DNA from: Anaerolineae bacterium
GTDB lineage: Bacteria; Chloroflexota; Anaerolineae; Aggregatilineales; Aggregatilineaceae
NCBI GenBank assembly: GCA_018432315.1
Contig: JAHDLB010000022.1
Location: 12,247-76,246 of the forward strand
DNA: 64,000 bases
Direction of reading: 5' to 3'
Shown one piece after another: positions 45,303-54,762 of this stretch (position 1 is its first letter; each line of letters starts with the position of its first letter). The notes under the pieces are model-generated. The model saw nothing but the letters and a program-made list of their open reading frames with translations, had not been told where the DNA came from and did not search any database. A program made the position numbers and the translations under genes.

Positions 45303-45772
45303 TAATGATTTCCTTCCAGGGGTTTCTCGACAAACACCAGCCCGCTGTCGTGGTCGGCTTCACCGGCGTGGGCGAAGGTGATCCACTCGGTCATGTCGGC
45401 TTCGACGTCACCTTCCGGCGGCGCGAAGACCAGGTCGGCGTCGAGCGCTACCAGGCCGGTGGGCATGTCGAATGTGGTGCCCAGGCGACCGGCGAGGCTT
45501 TTGGGTTTGCGTTCGGCGGCGAGCATCAGGCTGCCGCGCATCCGGTACAGCAGGCGCTGCCACAGCGGAATGCCGCCGCGCGGACCGGTCAGAGTCAGGG
45601 CAAGAATGAACGTGAGGGCGGCCACGAGAAAGGCCAGGTTGCCCAACGCAAAACGGGCGATGATGAGGGTCATGCCGCCGCTGACGCCGCCCAGCAGCAG
45701 GCGTTTGAACGGAATGCCCATGAACCCCTTTTCGTCTCGGCGCAGGACGTGTGATTTGAGATCGGCTGCCAT
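45302..45772 (-). CDS. PrgI/VirB3-like small membrane protein
   Basis: 156 aa. FMGIPFKRLLLGGVSGGMTLIIARFALGNLAFLVAALTFILALTL forms a two-TM hairpin. It lies immediately upstream of, and overlaps, the VirB4-like gene. Confidence 0.4.
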   Translation of the reverse strand: MAADLKSHVLRRDEKGFMGIPFKRLLLGGVSGGMTLIIARFALGNLAFLVAALTFILALTLTGPRGGIPLWQRLLYRMRGSLMLAAERKPKSLAGRLGTTFDMPTGLVALDADLVFAPPEGDVEADMTEWITFAHAGEADHDSGLVFVEKPLEGNH

Positions 45773-45855
45773 CCATATCTTCCTTGTTCCCTGAGCAAAA
45801 GCAGCCAGCCCATCAGACTGGCTGCAATTGCTGTGGGGTAGGTGAGTGGGCGGGA

Positions 45856-46110
45856 CTAGGTGAACGAGATGAGGCTGGCGACGGTCGAGGCGGCGATGAC
45901 GAATAGCAGGCCCATGACGACCTGATTAGCGGCGCGTGGATTGTCCTGTTTCCACTGGCCGATAATAGGCCATGAAGAACCCATATACATGAGGCCCAAT
46001 CCAATAAACCCGAGGAAGGCGGCCATCGGAGCGACGATTTGCGCGACAGCTTGCGCTTCGGCAAACCACTGTTCGAGAGTCTGGCTGATCGACACGATGA
46101 AATCCTCCAC
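45856..46110 (-). CDS. VirB2/TrbC-like pilin-sized membrane protein
   Basis: 84 aa with two hydrophobic helices (IVAPMAAFLGFIGLGLMYM and VVMGLLFVIAASTVASLI). It is the first gene after promoter-motif copy B. Confidence 0.4.
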   Translation of the reverse strand: MEDFIVSISQTLEQWFAEAQAVAQIVAPMAAFLGFIGLGLMYMGSSWPIIGQWKQDNPRAANQVVMGLLFVIAASTVASLISFT

Positions 46111-46256
46111 ATGTGGACGTTTGACGAATGTGCCAGGGGCGGGGTGGGAGTCGCGCGCTCAGACGCTGTTCTCCTCCTGGATGTGTGGGGTCTCGTTGCG
46201 GCTGCGCCACCCCGCTCATCTGACACTTTCAGGATAACAAAGCGAGGGGGTCGAAC

Positions 46257-46314
46257 ATGCGGAGAATTACCGTTTTGGGCATGTAAAATTGACCGGTTCC
46301 AGATGTAAAATTCC
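46257..46314 (-). promoter_or_regulatory. Copy B of the 58-bp conserved promoter/operator motif
   Basis: The reverse complement reads GGAATTTTAC...GGTCAATTTTAC...CCAAAACGGTAATTCTCCGCAT. It lies 147 nt upstream of the pilin-like gene. Confidence 0.6.
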
Positions 46315-46331
46315 GATCTGGCCTGGATCAG

Positions 46332-46365
46332 AAAAAAACACAGCCGACCTGAGTGATCGGCTGTG
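46332..46365 (-). terminator. Rho-independent terminator
   Basis: On the minus strand it reads CACAGCCGA-9 nt-TCGGCTGTG followed by TTTTTTT, 57 nt after the stop of gene 46422..46811. Confidence 0.65.
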
Positions 46366-46421
46366 AACATGCAAAACGTAGGACCCTGTGATTAGGGTTA
46401 TAGCTCGAAGTCGTCTTCTGC

Positions 46422-46811
46422 CTAGATTTCTTCCCATTCTTCCCAGGTGACGCCGTAGGGCGCGCCACCGCCGGTGTAGCCGATAATCATGGCAAAGGTA
46501 TCATCTCGAGGCCATCCGAATGCGCTTTCCAGTTCCGCTGCGCGTTCCAGTTTCTTCTGCCGCCGGATTTCAGCCTGTCGTTCCACATCTCGCAAGGTTT
46601 GTTCTTTGCGGGCCGGATCGATTTCGACGCCAAGCATTTCAAGTTCGGTGAATGCGCACCGGAAATCGACGCCATAGCGTTTCCGGTAGCCTTTTACAAT
46701 GTCCTTGCCCTCGTAGGTGGGCAGCCAGCTTTTGGCCGCATCCAGACGCTGCGCACGCTTGAAGCGTTTGCGGCGTGGTGTGTTATCCGGTTTGCGCTTT
46801 TTCTTTGCCAT
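46422..46811 (-). CDS. Hypothetical protein with a very basic N-terminus
   Basis: 129 aa starting MAKKKRKPDNTPRRKRFKRAQR. It is the last gene of the upstream transfer operon. Confidence 0.5.
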   Translation of the reverse strand: MAKKKRKPDNTPRRKRFKRAQRLDAAKSWLPTYEGKDIVKGYRKRYGVDFRCAFTELEMLGVEIDPARKEQTLRDVERQAEIRRQKKLERAAELESAFGWPRDDTFAMIIGYTGGGAPYGVTWEEWEEI

Positions 46812-46869
46812 AGGAACTCACTTTCTCGACTTGTGTTCAGCTTACCATGCCGGTCTGAGGCAGGACAAG

Positions 46870-48237
46870 TTATCGCTCTTCAAGCTGCAAGGCATACCGG
46901 TACACGCCGAAACGCAGCATGGCATAGGGTTCACCCGTCCAGGCCCAATGCAGTGTGAGATCGACAGCCTGACCGGGCAGCAGCGTGAACGGCTCAAGAC
47001 CGTCAGCAGGCGTCCAAGGACCAGGTGGACGCGGAGCATAACCAAACGCAATCGCGACATCCTCCGGTCGGATGTTCACCGGTTCGGGCTGGCCGTTGTA
47101 GGCGCGCAGTTGAATGGTGATTCTCCCGCCGGTTGTGACGACGGAGATCACGTCCACATGCAGCAGGTCGCGCACCGGGAGTGGCGTCGCGGTGGGCGGT
47201 GGCAGTGTAGGCGTCACATCGACTACCGGCAGGTCCAGGAGATCGGCCACCAGCACATCATCGCGCGAAAGCTCCTGCTCCGGCGGGTAAGTGGCAAGCA
47301 CGAGCAGGCGTGTAGCCGTTGGCGCGCCGCGCTCATCCCGTTCACCAATCAGGACTAACACCAGACCCGGCTCAATCTGCCGGAACGCGCTGGTGTCGCT
47401 GCGGCTGACCTCAGTCTTCGAAGCGAAGTCAAACTGCTGCACCGCGCCGGTGTTCAGGCGAATGCTAAACGTGGCTCCCGGCCCCAACGATTCAAAGAGC
47501 GCTTCATTCTGTGGCGACCAGGGTACACCAATCACCGGGCGCACGCTCAGAGCGTGGATGAACGACGCGGTGTCGGGATTGGGATCGTACAACCACTCGG
47601 AGAGTTCGACCTTGCGTCGCTGCACGACAAACACACGCGGCTGGGTTTGCCCGGCAGGCAGGATTTGCAGGTTGACCGGGTAGGCAGGCGCACGGTCACG
47701 CACACCATCCCGGATGATCACATCCTGCTCTTCGAGCGCAATCGGCGTTGGCGATGGTGTGTAGCGCAGAGTCGGCGTGGCGTAAGGTGAGATAGTCCCG
47801 ACGTCCATCACGGGTTGAGGATCATCCCCACCGCGCCGTGACAGCAGCATGAAGACGAAAAACAGTAAAAACAGCGCCGCCCCACCCAGGATCAGGAACA
47901 CCTGAGTCTTGTTAGTCGCAGGCGGCGTGAACTCTGCTTCAGGCGGCACCAGCGATTCGCCCTCCCTGACCGCTGCCTGGATACGCGCCGGGGTTTTGGC
48001 CCAGCGTGCGCCAATCGGCACCAGCGCGCCCTCGTCATAGCGCTGGATGAGGGCGGTCACGACCTGCTGCTCCAGGGCGTCCGAGCCGGACGCCCCGTTG
48101 GTGCGCACTTCGCGCTGGTAGACGGTCTGGTAGCGGTGCTGGCGGTCGGTGGGCACCAGTTCCCATAGCGCGCGCAGGTCCTCGATGCTCAATGCCCGCA
48201 GTTCTTCAATCGTGTGGTATGTCAGGTGTTCGCTCAT
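46870..48237 (-). CDS. Single-pass membrane protein with a large extracytoplasmic beta-rich domain
   Basis: 455 aa with one TM segment (VFLILGGAALFLLFFVFMLL). Its start overlaps the upstream stop. Confidence 0.55.
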   Translation of the reverse strand: MSEHLTYHTIEELRALSIEDLRALWELVPTDRQHRYQTVYQREVRTNGASGSDALEQQVVTALIQRYDEGALVPIGARWAKTPARIQAAVREGESLVPPEAEFTPPATNKTQVFLILGGAALFLLFFVFMLLSRRGGDDPQPVMDVGTISPYATPTLRYTPSPTPIALEEQDVIIRDGVRDRAPAYPVNLQILPAGQTQPRVFVVQRRKVELSEWLYDPNPDTASFIHALSVRPVIGVPWSPQNEALFESLGPGATFSIRLNTGAVQQFDFASKTEVSRSDTSAFRQIEPGLVLVLIGERDERGAPTATRLLVLATYPPEQELSRDDVLVADLLDLPVVDVTPTLPPPTATPLPVRDLLHVDVISVVTTGGRITIQLRAYNGQPEPVNIRPEDVAIAFGYAPRPPGPWTPADGLEPFTLLPGQAVDLTLHWAWTGEPYAMLRFGVYRYALQLEER

Positions 48238-50900
48238 GCTTCTCCTCGTGGAGGCACAATCTGGCTGCCCGCCAGCCCTGCCTGTGATTTCATGGCGTCG
48301 TCAAGACCGCCGCCGGATGATGCGGCACCTGGTGGTGACGCAGGCGCATTGACCTGGACCTGCACATTTGGCGTGACGGTGACGTTGGGCACCGCCGCCG
48401 TACCCCGCGCGGTGATGGCGTTCGGCAGCATCACGGCAGCACGCTGCAAGGCGCTGACTGCGCGTTCCGCGCCTTCCCAGCCGGTATTGAGCGTGCCGCG
48501 TGCCTGCTCAACCAACATGGTGCGGGTGGGCGGTGTGAGTTCGCCGGTCGGAGAGTTCTTGACCTCGGTAATCACGGTTTGCGCTTGTTGGCCGGTCATT
48601 CCCAGGCGCAGCGCCATGTCGCCAAACAACCCCAACCGTGACACATCTCCCTGGACGGGCGCGCGGTCATCCGGTTCAGGCGTCACCCCCATTGCCCGTG
48701 CGACGCCTTGCGCTACGGTGAAGTGATCTGCGCCGCCGGTCATGGGTTGGTCATCCAAGGTGCGCTGGACACGTGTTTGGGCAATGAAGTCACCCATCAC
48801 GCCGGCGACGTTGTCCGCACCTTCCACGCGCATCAGTCCCATCACCGGCTGGGTTTGTCCGGTTTGCAGGGTTGCGCCCAGGGTAGCGATGCGGTCTTCC
48901 ACTTCCTCGCCGTGCATGTCCGAAGCATAGGCCGCGCGATCCTGATCATGTTTCGCCTGACCCGCCTCTGACCGGACATCCGCACCAACGGCGCTGACCC
49001 GTTCTTCGACCTCTTCCCCTTGCGTATCCGTGCCGTGCTGGACACGATCTGCTGCTGCGCGTGTTTGGCCCGCATGTGAGCGCACCGACGCGCCGACGTC
49101 GCTAACGCGCTCCTCGATTTCCTCACCGGGATCGCCTGCGGCCACCGGAGGCCGGATCACGGCAGGCGGCGGCACGTTGTCAGGTAAAGGCGTAAACGTG
49201 CCCATCCGTCGTGGACGATTGGGCGGCGTCTCGCGCGGGTTGGTTTCGTCCACCGGCTCCGGTTCGGCAGGCAGGCGGTAACCGTGACCACGCGATGGAC
49301 GCTCGGAGCGGTCGCTGAGCAGATGCGCACCAATCACCGGGCCAGCCACCCCGCCCACCACCGGGATGCTCTGCCCGACCTGGCGCAGCATCGACCCTTC
49401 GGTGAATTCGTCGGCCATCTGGCCCAGGGGAGTGTTGCGCGTGCCGGGCAGATACGCCAGCGTGCGCGCGGCACTCTGCAAGCGCCGCGATCCACCCAAC
49501 ATCACGCCCGCAGTCTGGGAAACGGTCGCCCCCTGCTGCATGGCGGACACACCGGCCAGCGCGCTGCTGCCCACATTCACTGCCGCAGCGGTGGCTCCGA
49601 CGCCCGCCGCAACTCCGGCTCCGGCCAATCCCAGACCGACCGCTCCCGGCGCGACCATCACGCCGCCGGTCGCCTGCCCAATCGCGCCAAACAACCGGTT
49701 GAAGCTGTTCCACACGGCTTTGATGCCGCTCCACAGCAGGACCAGGATGAAGATGGTGCAGAGCAGGGAGACACCCAGGACCACCAGTGCATTCTGAGTT
49801 GCGGCTGCACCGAGCAGGAATGAGATGATGAGCGACTGCATCAGGGCGATGACCACCGTCTGCACAATGAGTTCGATCCACATATCCAGGATCGAGCGGG
49901 CGATCACCTCTGTCTTTTTGAAAAAGGCGAACAGAATGGCAATGCTGAAACTCACAAAGGTCAAGCCCTGAGCAATCGTCAGCAGCAGGAAAATCAACTG
50001 CTCGACCACGCCAAAGATGACCATCGGCCAGGCGGAGAAGATGCGAAACTGCGCCGCGCCCGCTTTGTCGATGGAGGCTTTGCGCTCCTCTTCGTTGAGC
50101 GGGTCGCCAAAAAACTGCGAGCTGTTACCCACGTAGAAGTACGAGTCCTCGTAGAACTGCCAGTGCGTCGGCAGGGCGGGATCGTACAATGCGCCGCGTG
50201 GTTGGTAACAGGTGGTCAACGTCGGAGGTGGGTAGCCCATCACATCCTGACCGTCGGCCAGCAGGTAAGCCAGGGCAATATCCAGGCCATCGACATCGTT
50301 ACTGAAGCCGGTCGCGCCGGGCAGGTACGGTCCCAGCGCATCGCAAGCTTCCAGCGGCGGCAGGTCGCTGCTGGTCACCGCTCCGAGGGAACTGAACGGA
50401 CTACCCGCGCTCTGCATACTGTCCAGCGCGACGGTATAGAACCCGGTGCTCAGGTCACGGCGGAAGTCGTTCATGCCCTGGTACAGCAGCGGGCCAAGCT
50501 GGAAAAAGACGATTCCCGCCAGGTACCAGCCAATCGCACCGCGTGGACTGACCACGTCCAGCTTCACGAAGGCCGCCAGCATATACGTGATACCCAACAC
50601 CATGAGGGCGATTACGAAGGCGAGGCTGGCCGTGACCCGCATCTGGTTGTTGGTCTGCGTGATGAGCGGTGCAAAGGCGTTCTCGACCAGCCAGAGATTG
50701 GCCAGCTCAATGGCATGGCCCATCATGAACAGCCCTTTTTGCAGCGTCCAGCCCGCCAGCGCCAGCAGGCGCAGCAGGTCGTACCACAGCTTGTCGATCT
50801 GGACTTGCAGTCCGTCAAGGACGTCATCAACCCAGGGCATACTTCCTCCTACGGCTCGGCGATGTCGCCGGTGCAGATGGTATTGACTTCGTTGATCCAC
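48234..50900 (-). CDS. Polytopic membrane protein (VirB6/TrbL-like) with a long C-terminal tail containing tandem repeats
   Basis: It has many hydrophobic helices in the first 480 aa or so and a Gly/Ala-rich segment. There are three repeats of about 31 aa (GEE[IV]EERVS.VGA.VRS.AGQ). The likely true start is ATG 50840, preceded by GGAGGAAGT and 8 nt after the upstream stop. Confidence 0.55.
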   Translation of the reverse strand: MDQRSQYHLHRRHRRAVGGSMPWVDDVLDGLQVQIDKLWYDLLRLLALAGWTLQKGLFMMGHAIELANLWLVENAFAPLITQTNNQMRVTASLAFVIALMVLGITYMLAAFVKLDVVSPRGAIGWYLAGIVFFQLGPLLYQGMNDFRRDLSTGFYTVALDSMQSAGSPFSSLGAVTSSDLPPLEACDALGPYLPGATGFSNDVDGLDIALAYLLADGQDVMGYPPPTLTTCYQPRGALYDPALPTHWQFYEDSYFYVGNSSQFFGDPLNEEERKASIDKAGAAQFRIFSAWPMVIFGVVEQLIFLLLTIAQGLTFVSFSIAILFAFFKKTEVIARSILDMWIELIVQTVVIALMQSLIISFLLGAAATQNALVVLGVSLLCTIFILVLLWSGIKAVWNSFNRLFGAIGQATGGVMVAPGAVGLGLAGAGVAAGVGATAAAVNVGSSALAGVSAMQQGATVSQTAGVMLGGSRRLQSAARTLAYLPGTRNTPLGQMADEFTEGSMLRQVGQSIPVVGGVAGPVIGAHLLSDRSERPSRGHGYRLPAEPEPVDETNPRETPPNRPRRMGTFTPLPDNVPPPAVIRPPVAAGDPGEEIEERVSDVGASVRSHAGQTRAAADRVQHGTDTQGEEVEERVSAVGADVRSEAGQAKHDQDRAAYASDMHGEEVEDRIATLGATLQTGQTQPVMGLMRVEGADNVAGVMGDFIAQTRVQRTLDDQPMTGGADHFTVAQGVARAMGVTPEPDDRAPVQGDVSRLGLFGDMALRLGMTGQQAQTVITEVKNSPTGELTPPTRTMLVEQARGTLNTGWEGAERAVSALQRAAVMLPNAITARGTAAVPNVTVTPNVQVQVNAPASPPGAASSGGGLDDAMKSQAGLAGSQIVPPRGEA

Positions 50901-51955
50901 GACACGATGTTCTGACCCGGCACGATGGTAGGAATACCGCCGCCATCATCACGGGTGGTCACGTCCAGCACGTATGAGACGCGCCGCGCTGTGCCCCGTG
51001 GACCGTAAGCGGCCAGCGTGAAGGTTTTGGTTTCCCCCGGCTGCACATCGGTCAACTCGTAATTGGGCGTGAACCCGGCTTCTTCTGCCGCCGCGAGGCT
51101 CGCTCCCCATACGCCTTCGGTCTCCATGCCGCTGGGCAGCGTGATGGTGCTGACGTACATCTGGCCCGCCGGGAAAATGTCGTACTCCACCGAGCCGACG
51201 TTCTTGACCTCGAACTCCCAGATGAAGATCGACTGTGGCTGACCACCCGCATCGGGTTCTGCCGCAGGCAGATCGCTGATGCGGGATACGCGGAACATGA
51301 GTTGCAGACCGGAAGGCTGCACCGGGGTATAGATCGCGTCGCCCACGAAGTAATCATTGGTGCGCACGTACTGCGTCGGCGTCGGCCAGGGCGTGTAGGT
51401 CGGGCGTGGCGTGGGCGTCATACTCCCCGGTGCGCCGCCCGGCGGTGGGTTGAGCGGATTCGGATAGATATAGTACGTCACCCGCGTGACACCATAGCTG
51501 CGGCTCGACCCGGCCACGCCGCTCGCGTAGATGCTGACCGAGGCGTAGTACACGCTGGTCGGGATGGTGATGGCATACAGGTTGGTCCGGGTCGAGCCAG
51601 TGATGGTATCGACCGCGATATACCCATTGCTGCCGGGCCAGTAGTACGGGTAGGTCATCATACTGCCCGAATATGACAGGTAGACCGTGCCGGCATTCTG
51701 GCCGGTCCACTGCGCATGGATCGTGTTGAAGTTGGGCGCGACCTGGTACCAGTTCAGGTTGGACGAAAAATACGGTGGCCACAGCGGCTGGCTGGTCGCA
51801 GGCTGCGTATGTGTCGGGCGCGGCGTGCTGGACGGGCAGATGTACTGCGGCAGGCCGGTGACCTGGAGATTGTTCACCGTACCCGCGCAGGCCATGGCGG
51901 CTGCCAGCAGCAGCGACAGCGCGATGATCCAATGGATACGTCGTTTGTTTCTCAT
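50849..51955 (-). CDS. Secreted lipoprotein
   Basis: 368 aa with signal peptide and lipobox IIALSLLLAAAMACAG. The body is Tyr/Thr/Pro-rich and beta-like. Confidence 0.6.
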   Translation of the reverse strand: MRNKRRIHWIIALSLLLAAAMACAGTVNNLQVTGLPQYICPSSTPRPTHTQPATSQPLWPPYFSSNLNWYQVAPNFNTIHAQWTGQNAGTVYLSYSGSMMTYPYYWPGSNGYIAVDTITGSTRTNLYAITIPTSVYYASVSIYASGVAGSSRSYGVTRVTYYIYPNPLNPPPGGAPGSMTPTPRPTYTPWPTPTQYVRTNDYFVGDAIYTPVQPSGLQLMFRVSRISDLPAAEPDAGGQPQSIFIWEFEVKNVGSVEYDIFPAGQMYVSTITLPSGMETEGVWGASLAAAEEAGFTPNYELTDVQPGETKTFTLAAYGPRGTARRVSYVLDVTTRDDGGGIPTIVPGQNIVSWINEVNTICTGDIAEP

Positions 51956-51964
51956 GACTGTCCT

Positions 51965-53086
51965 CTAGGGTATAAGGCCGGGCTGGTTGCCTGCGGGCAG
52001 GAGCAGGGTGAAGGTCGAGTCGTCGCCCCATCGTCGTGAGACGTCCCACGACTGGCCGAAGTAGGGCACGACCAGGCTGATCTGGGCATTGGTCCGCAGC
52101 TGGATGCGCGCATACCCCGACTCATCGGTGAAAGCTTGTGCCAGCGCGCGATTGGTGGTCACATCCACCAGCCTGACGGGAATACCGCGCACACCTTCCG
52201 CCGGGTCTACCGAGCGGTTGGCGTTTTCGTCGTAGGCGATGAGCACGGCGACGGTCACCAGTTCCGGCGGCGCATCGGTGGCAGTCGGCTGAATGGCCGG
52301 AGGACCCTGGATGAGTTCTACCCGGCGCGCGGGCTGGGCTTCCGGCGAGGCTGTGAAGGAAGCAGCAGACGTGATTACGGCGGATGGACTGCTGTGATAG
52401 GTCAGCACCGCGTCCAGCGCGAGCATGGTGTCCGAACTGGCCGGGTCGCGTTCGCCGGTGTTGCGGATCACCAAGGTGTGCGCACCGGCCTCTACCGGAA
52501 ACGTGTCGGTGCAGGTGAAGTGCGCTTCGGCGGAGTAGGCATCGACCGAGCCGACGACACGACCATCTACGGCCACGTCCCAGATGCCGCCGTTCCAGAA
52601 AGCGACGTAACACACGCGCACACCTTCGCCTTCGAAGTCCAGGCGCACGGCGGCGTCCGCGTCCACACTGTAGCGGTACTCGTTTTGCCCGGCGGACCAG
52701 GACCACATATCCACCCACTCGCCGCCGAGGTAATCCAATGCAGGGTGATCTGACTCAAAGCGCACCCACTCGTCGAGTGGCAGCGCGTCGGATGTTGCCA
52801 GCAGGTCCGCCGCTGGTTCCAACGCTAATCCGGGCATCACGGCGGTGACTTGCAGCACCCGCACTGCCAGCGTGGGCGTAATCGTCTGGGTAGGCAGCGG
52901 CGTGTGTGTTGGCGATGCGGTCGGCGTCAGCGTCGGCGTGAAGGTTGGTGGAATGGTGATCTCCACCGTCGCCGTGGCTGTCAGGGTGGCGGTCGATGTA
53001 ATCTCCACCGGTGGGGTGTCATCGTCGCTGCCGCCGCAAGCCACGAGCGTCAACGCTACGAGCGCGAAACAAAGGATTCGGGTCAT
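51965..53086 (-). CDS. Secreted lipoprotein
   Basis: 373 aa with lipobox FALVALTLVACGG and a Thr/Pro-rich linker. It is the first gene after promoter-motif copy C. Confidence 0.6.
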   Translation of the reverse strand: MTRILCFALVALTLVACGGSDDDTPPVEITSTATLTATATVEITIPPTFTPTLTPTASPTHTPLPTQTITPTLAVRVLQVTAVMPGLALEPAADLLATSDALPLDEWVRFESDHPALDYLGGEWVDMWSWSAGQNEYRYSVDADAAVRLDFEGEGVRVCYVAFWNGGIWDVAVDGRVVGSVDAYSAEAHFTCTDTFPVEAGAHTLVIRNTGERDPASSDTMLALDAVLTYHSSPSAVITSAASFTASPEAQPARRVELIQGPPAIQPTATDAPPELVTVAVLIAYDENANRSVDPAEGVRGIPVRLVDVTTNRALAQAFTDESGYARIQLRTNAQISLVVPYFGQSWDVSRRWGDDSTFTLLLPAGNQPGLIP

Positions 53087-53150
53087 ACGACTGCTCCAGA
53101 GCTAGATGAGGTCGGCCATCTACCATAGTAGCGGAGCAGGGGTGTGTGGA

Positions 53151-53208
53151 ATGCGGAGAATTACCGTTTTGGGGTGGGAAATTTACGCGATCCGGAGCGC
53201 AAAATTCC
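53151..53208 (-). promoter_or_regulatory. Copy C of the 58-bp conserved promoter/operator motif
   Basis: The reverse complement reads GGAATTTTGC...GCGTAAATTTCC...CCAAAACGGTAATTCTCCGCAT. It lies 65 nt upstream of the lipoprotein operon. Confidence 0.6.
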
Positions 53209-53270
53209 CAACACGAACAGAAGTGCCTGGTTTGCCACACCAGGTACTTGTGAGTTGGTTGTGATGTACT

Positions 53271-53906
53271 CTAATTTCCTGCCTTAATCATACTGTCGAT
53301 TTGGTTGGCTAGATCGAGATAAAGAGTTTCTCTGAATGTTTTCACTTCCAGACTATCTCGATACTCTCGCGCAGCCTTTTGAATTGCGCTGACCTCCGCA
53401 CGTGATCCCGGATTCATCAGGTTAGGATTCCCCATATAAGTTTTATAGGCTTGTGGATTTAGCTCTGCCCAAAAGGCGAATACCCGGGCCACGAATACGC
53501 TGTCAATGGAATACCAGGCCAGTCTTCGGCAGACTTCAGGGTTATTTTCGACATAAGCCTTAAAGGAGCCATCCAAGAGCTGGACTGCTTCAACAAAGGA
53601 TACTGTGCCAGGACTAATTACCCCGTTTCTATCGAAAATTTTCTCTCCATCATAAAAACCGAAAGCAGCAGTGGAATAATCAATGGGTTCAAGTCGCTCA
53701 AGATGTTCTGTCCAGGCAGGAAGCCATTTGATTTCCGGGTGCTGAATTGCGAATGCCACCATATAGGGCTTCAATTGTTCAAGTGCAAGTGTGATGACCT
53801 GATTGGGATCAAGCAGGTTGATCACCTTGCTCATCATGCGCTCGCAATCACGGAATTCATGGGTTTTTGCGGAGTTTCGCAGGTGAATCAGAATATCTTT
53901 ACTCAT
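53271..53906 (-). CDS. A/T-rich cargo gene, hypothetical protein
   Basis: 211-aa ORF with no motif I can recognise. Its composition resembles block A and the HEPN cargo rather than the ICE backbone. Confidence 0.5.
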   Translation of the reverse strand: MSKDILIHLRNSAKTHEFRDCERMMSKVINLLDPNQVITLALEQLKPYMVAFAIQHPEIKWLPAWTEHLERLEPIDYSTAAFGFYDGEKIFDRNGVISPGTVSFVEAVQLLDGSFKAYVENNPEVCRRLAWYSIDSVFVARVFAFWAELNPQAYKTYMGNPNLMNPGSRAEVSAIQKAAREYRDSLEVKTFRETLYLDLANQIDSMIKAGN

Positions 53907-54009
53907 ATCAGTTGCCTGTTTTTCTACATGTTGTTGAGAGCGAATTCAAGTGGTGGTAGAGGAATACTGATTTTGTAAATCGTATTGTTTAATACCAATT
54001 TCGACAGGA

Positions 54010-54657
54010 TCAAAACAGAAACCCCTCTGTCGCAGCGAGGGCAATAAGCTGGATGTTCGTCTCGGCACCAAAGCGGCGGCGCAGCCGCTCGCAAACGCTG
54101 TAGACACGGCGCACCGGCACATTGCGGCGCAGGGCGATCTCCTGCGGGCGATATCCCCGTGCCATCTGGCGCAGGATTTCGCGCGCTTCGGCGTCAAGCT
54201 GCCAGCCCGCGCGCTCCGACTGCATTGCCAACAGGTATTCCGAATTAGCCGTAGGGGAGAGATAGGGCCGACCGCGCATCACGGTCTGAATGGCTTCGAC
54301 GAGACAGAGGCTCAGGGGATCGTTCTTGTAGAGGTAACCAGCCGCCCCAACGGTGAACAACTCCTGGACGATCAGTCCGTCGGACAGGTTGCTCAGGATC
54401 ACGATGCGCGCACGTGGGGCGGCCTGTTGGATGCGCTCGACCAGCGCCAGCACATCCAAGCCCGGCTCAATCTTATCCCCGACCAGGATCACGTTCGGGC
54501 GTAGTTCGACCAATGCTTGAAGCATTTCGGAAAGCAGCAGGTAAGCACCGGTGACCTGAAAAGAATCATGCTGGCGCAGGATGGCTCTCATGCCTTCCAG
54601 CGCCAGGTCCATGTCGTCTGCCATTACAATCCTGACCGTCATGCCCACCCACCTCAC
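54010..54657 (-). CDS. NarL/LuxR-family response regulator
   Basis: Receiver domain (IVMADDMD, ILVGDKIEPG, ILSN, YLYK) plus a C-terminal LuxR HTH (EIALRRNVPVRRVYSVCERLRRRFG). Confidence 0.75.
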   Translation of the reverse strand: MRWVGMTVRIVMADDMDLALEGMRAILRQHDSFQVTGAYLLLSEMLQALVELRPNVILVGDKIEPGLDVLALVERIQQAAPRARIVILSNLSDGLIVQELFTVGAAGYLYKNDPLSLCLVEAIQTVMRGRPYLSPTANSEYLLAMQSERAGWQLDAEAREILRQMARGYRPQEIALRRNVPVRRVYSVCERLRRRFGAETNIQLIALAATEGFLF

Positions 54658-54762
54658 GGGGAAACCTTACCCTTAGCATACCACCAACTGAGGCGGGAAA
54701 CATGAGCAATTCAGGAAGTCACGACGGGCAAAATTACCGAGCCTCTCCGTAATTCTCCGAGG

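Noticed and set aside
45813-46370. 185-aa minus-strand ORF sharing the peptide NGNSPH with ORFs 53019..53240 and 31862..32002
   Set aside because: The shared peptide comes from the conserved 58-bp DNA motif (GGTAATTCTCCGCAT) being translated. The ORFs overlap real genes, a terminator and promoters.
49180-52718. Alternative-frame ORFs of 170-233 aa (49180..49881, 49284..49823, 51354..52049, 52122..52718, 52136..52753)
   Set aside because: All lie inside the VirB6-like and lipoprotein genes and are Arg/Gly/His/Pro-rich. The chosen frames show TM helices or lipoboxes.
54722-54762. Possible fourth, degenerate copy of the 58-bp motif (CCGTAATTCTCCGAG, CAAAATTACCGAG) between the two response-regulator genes
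   Set aside because: Only about 11 nt match. The orientation is antisense to both flanking genes, and the GGAATTTT box is missing. The evidence is too weak to call.
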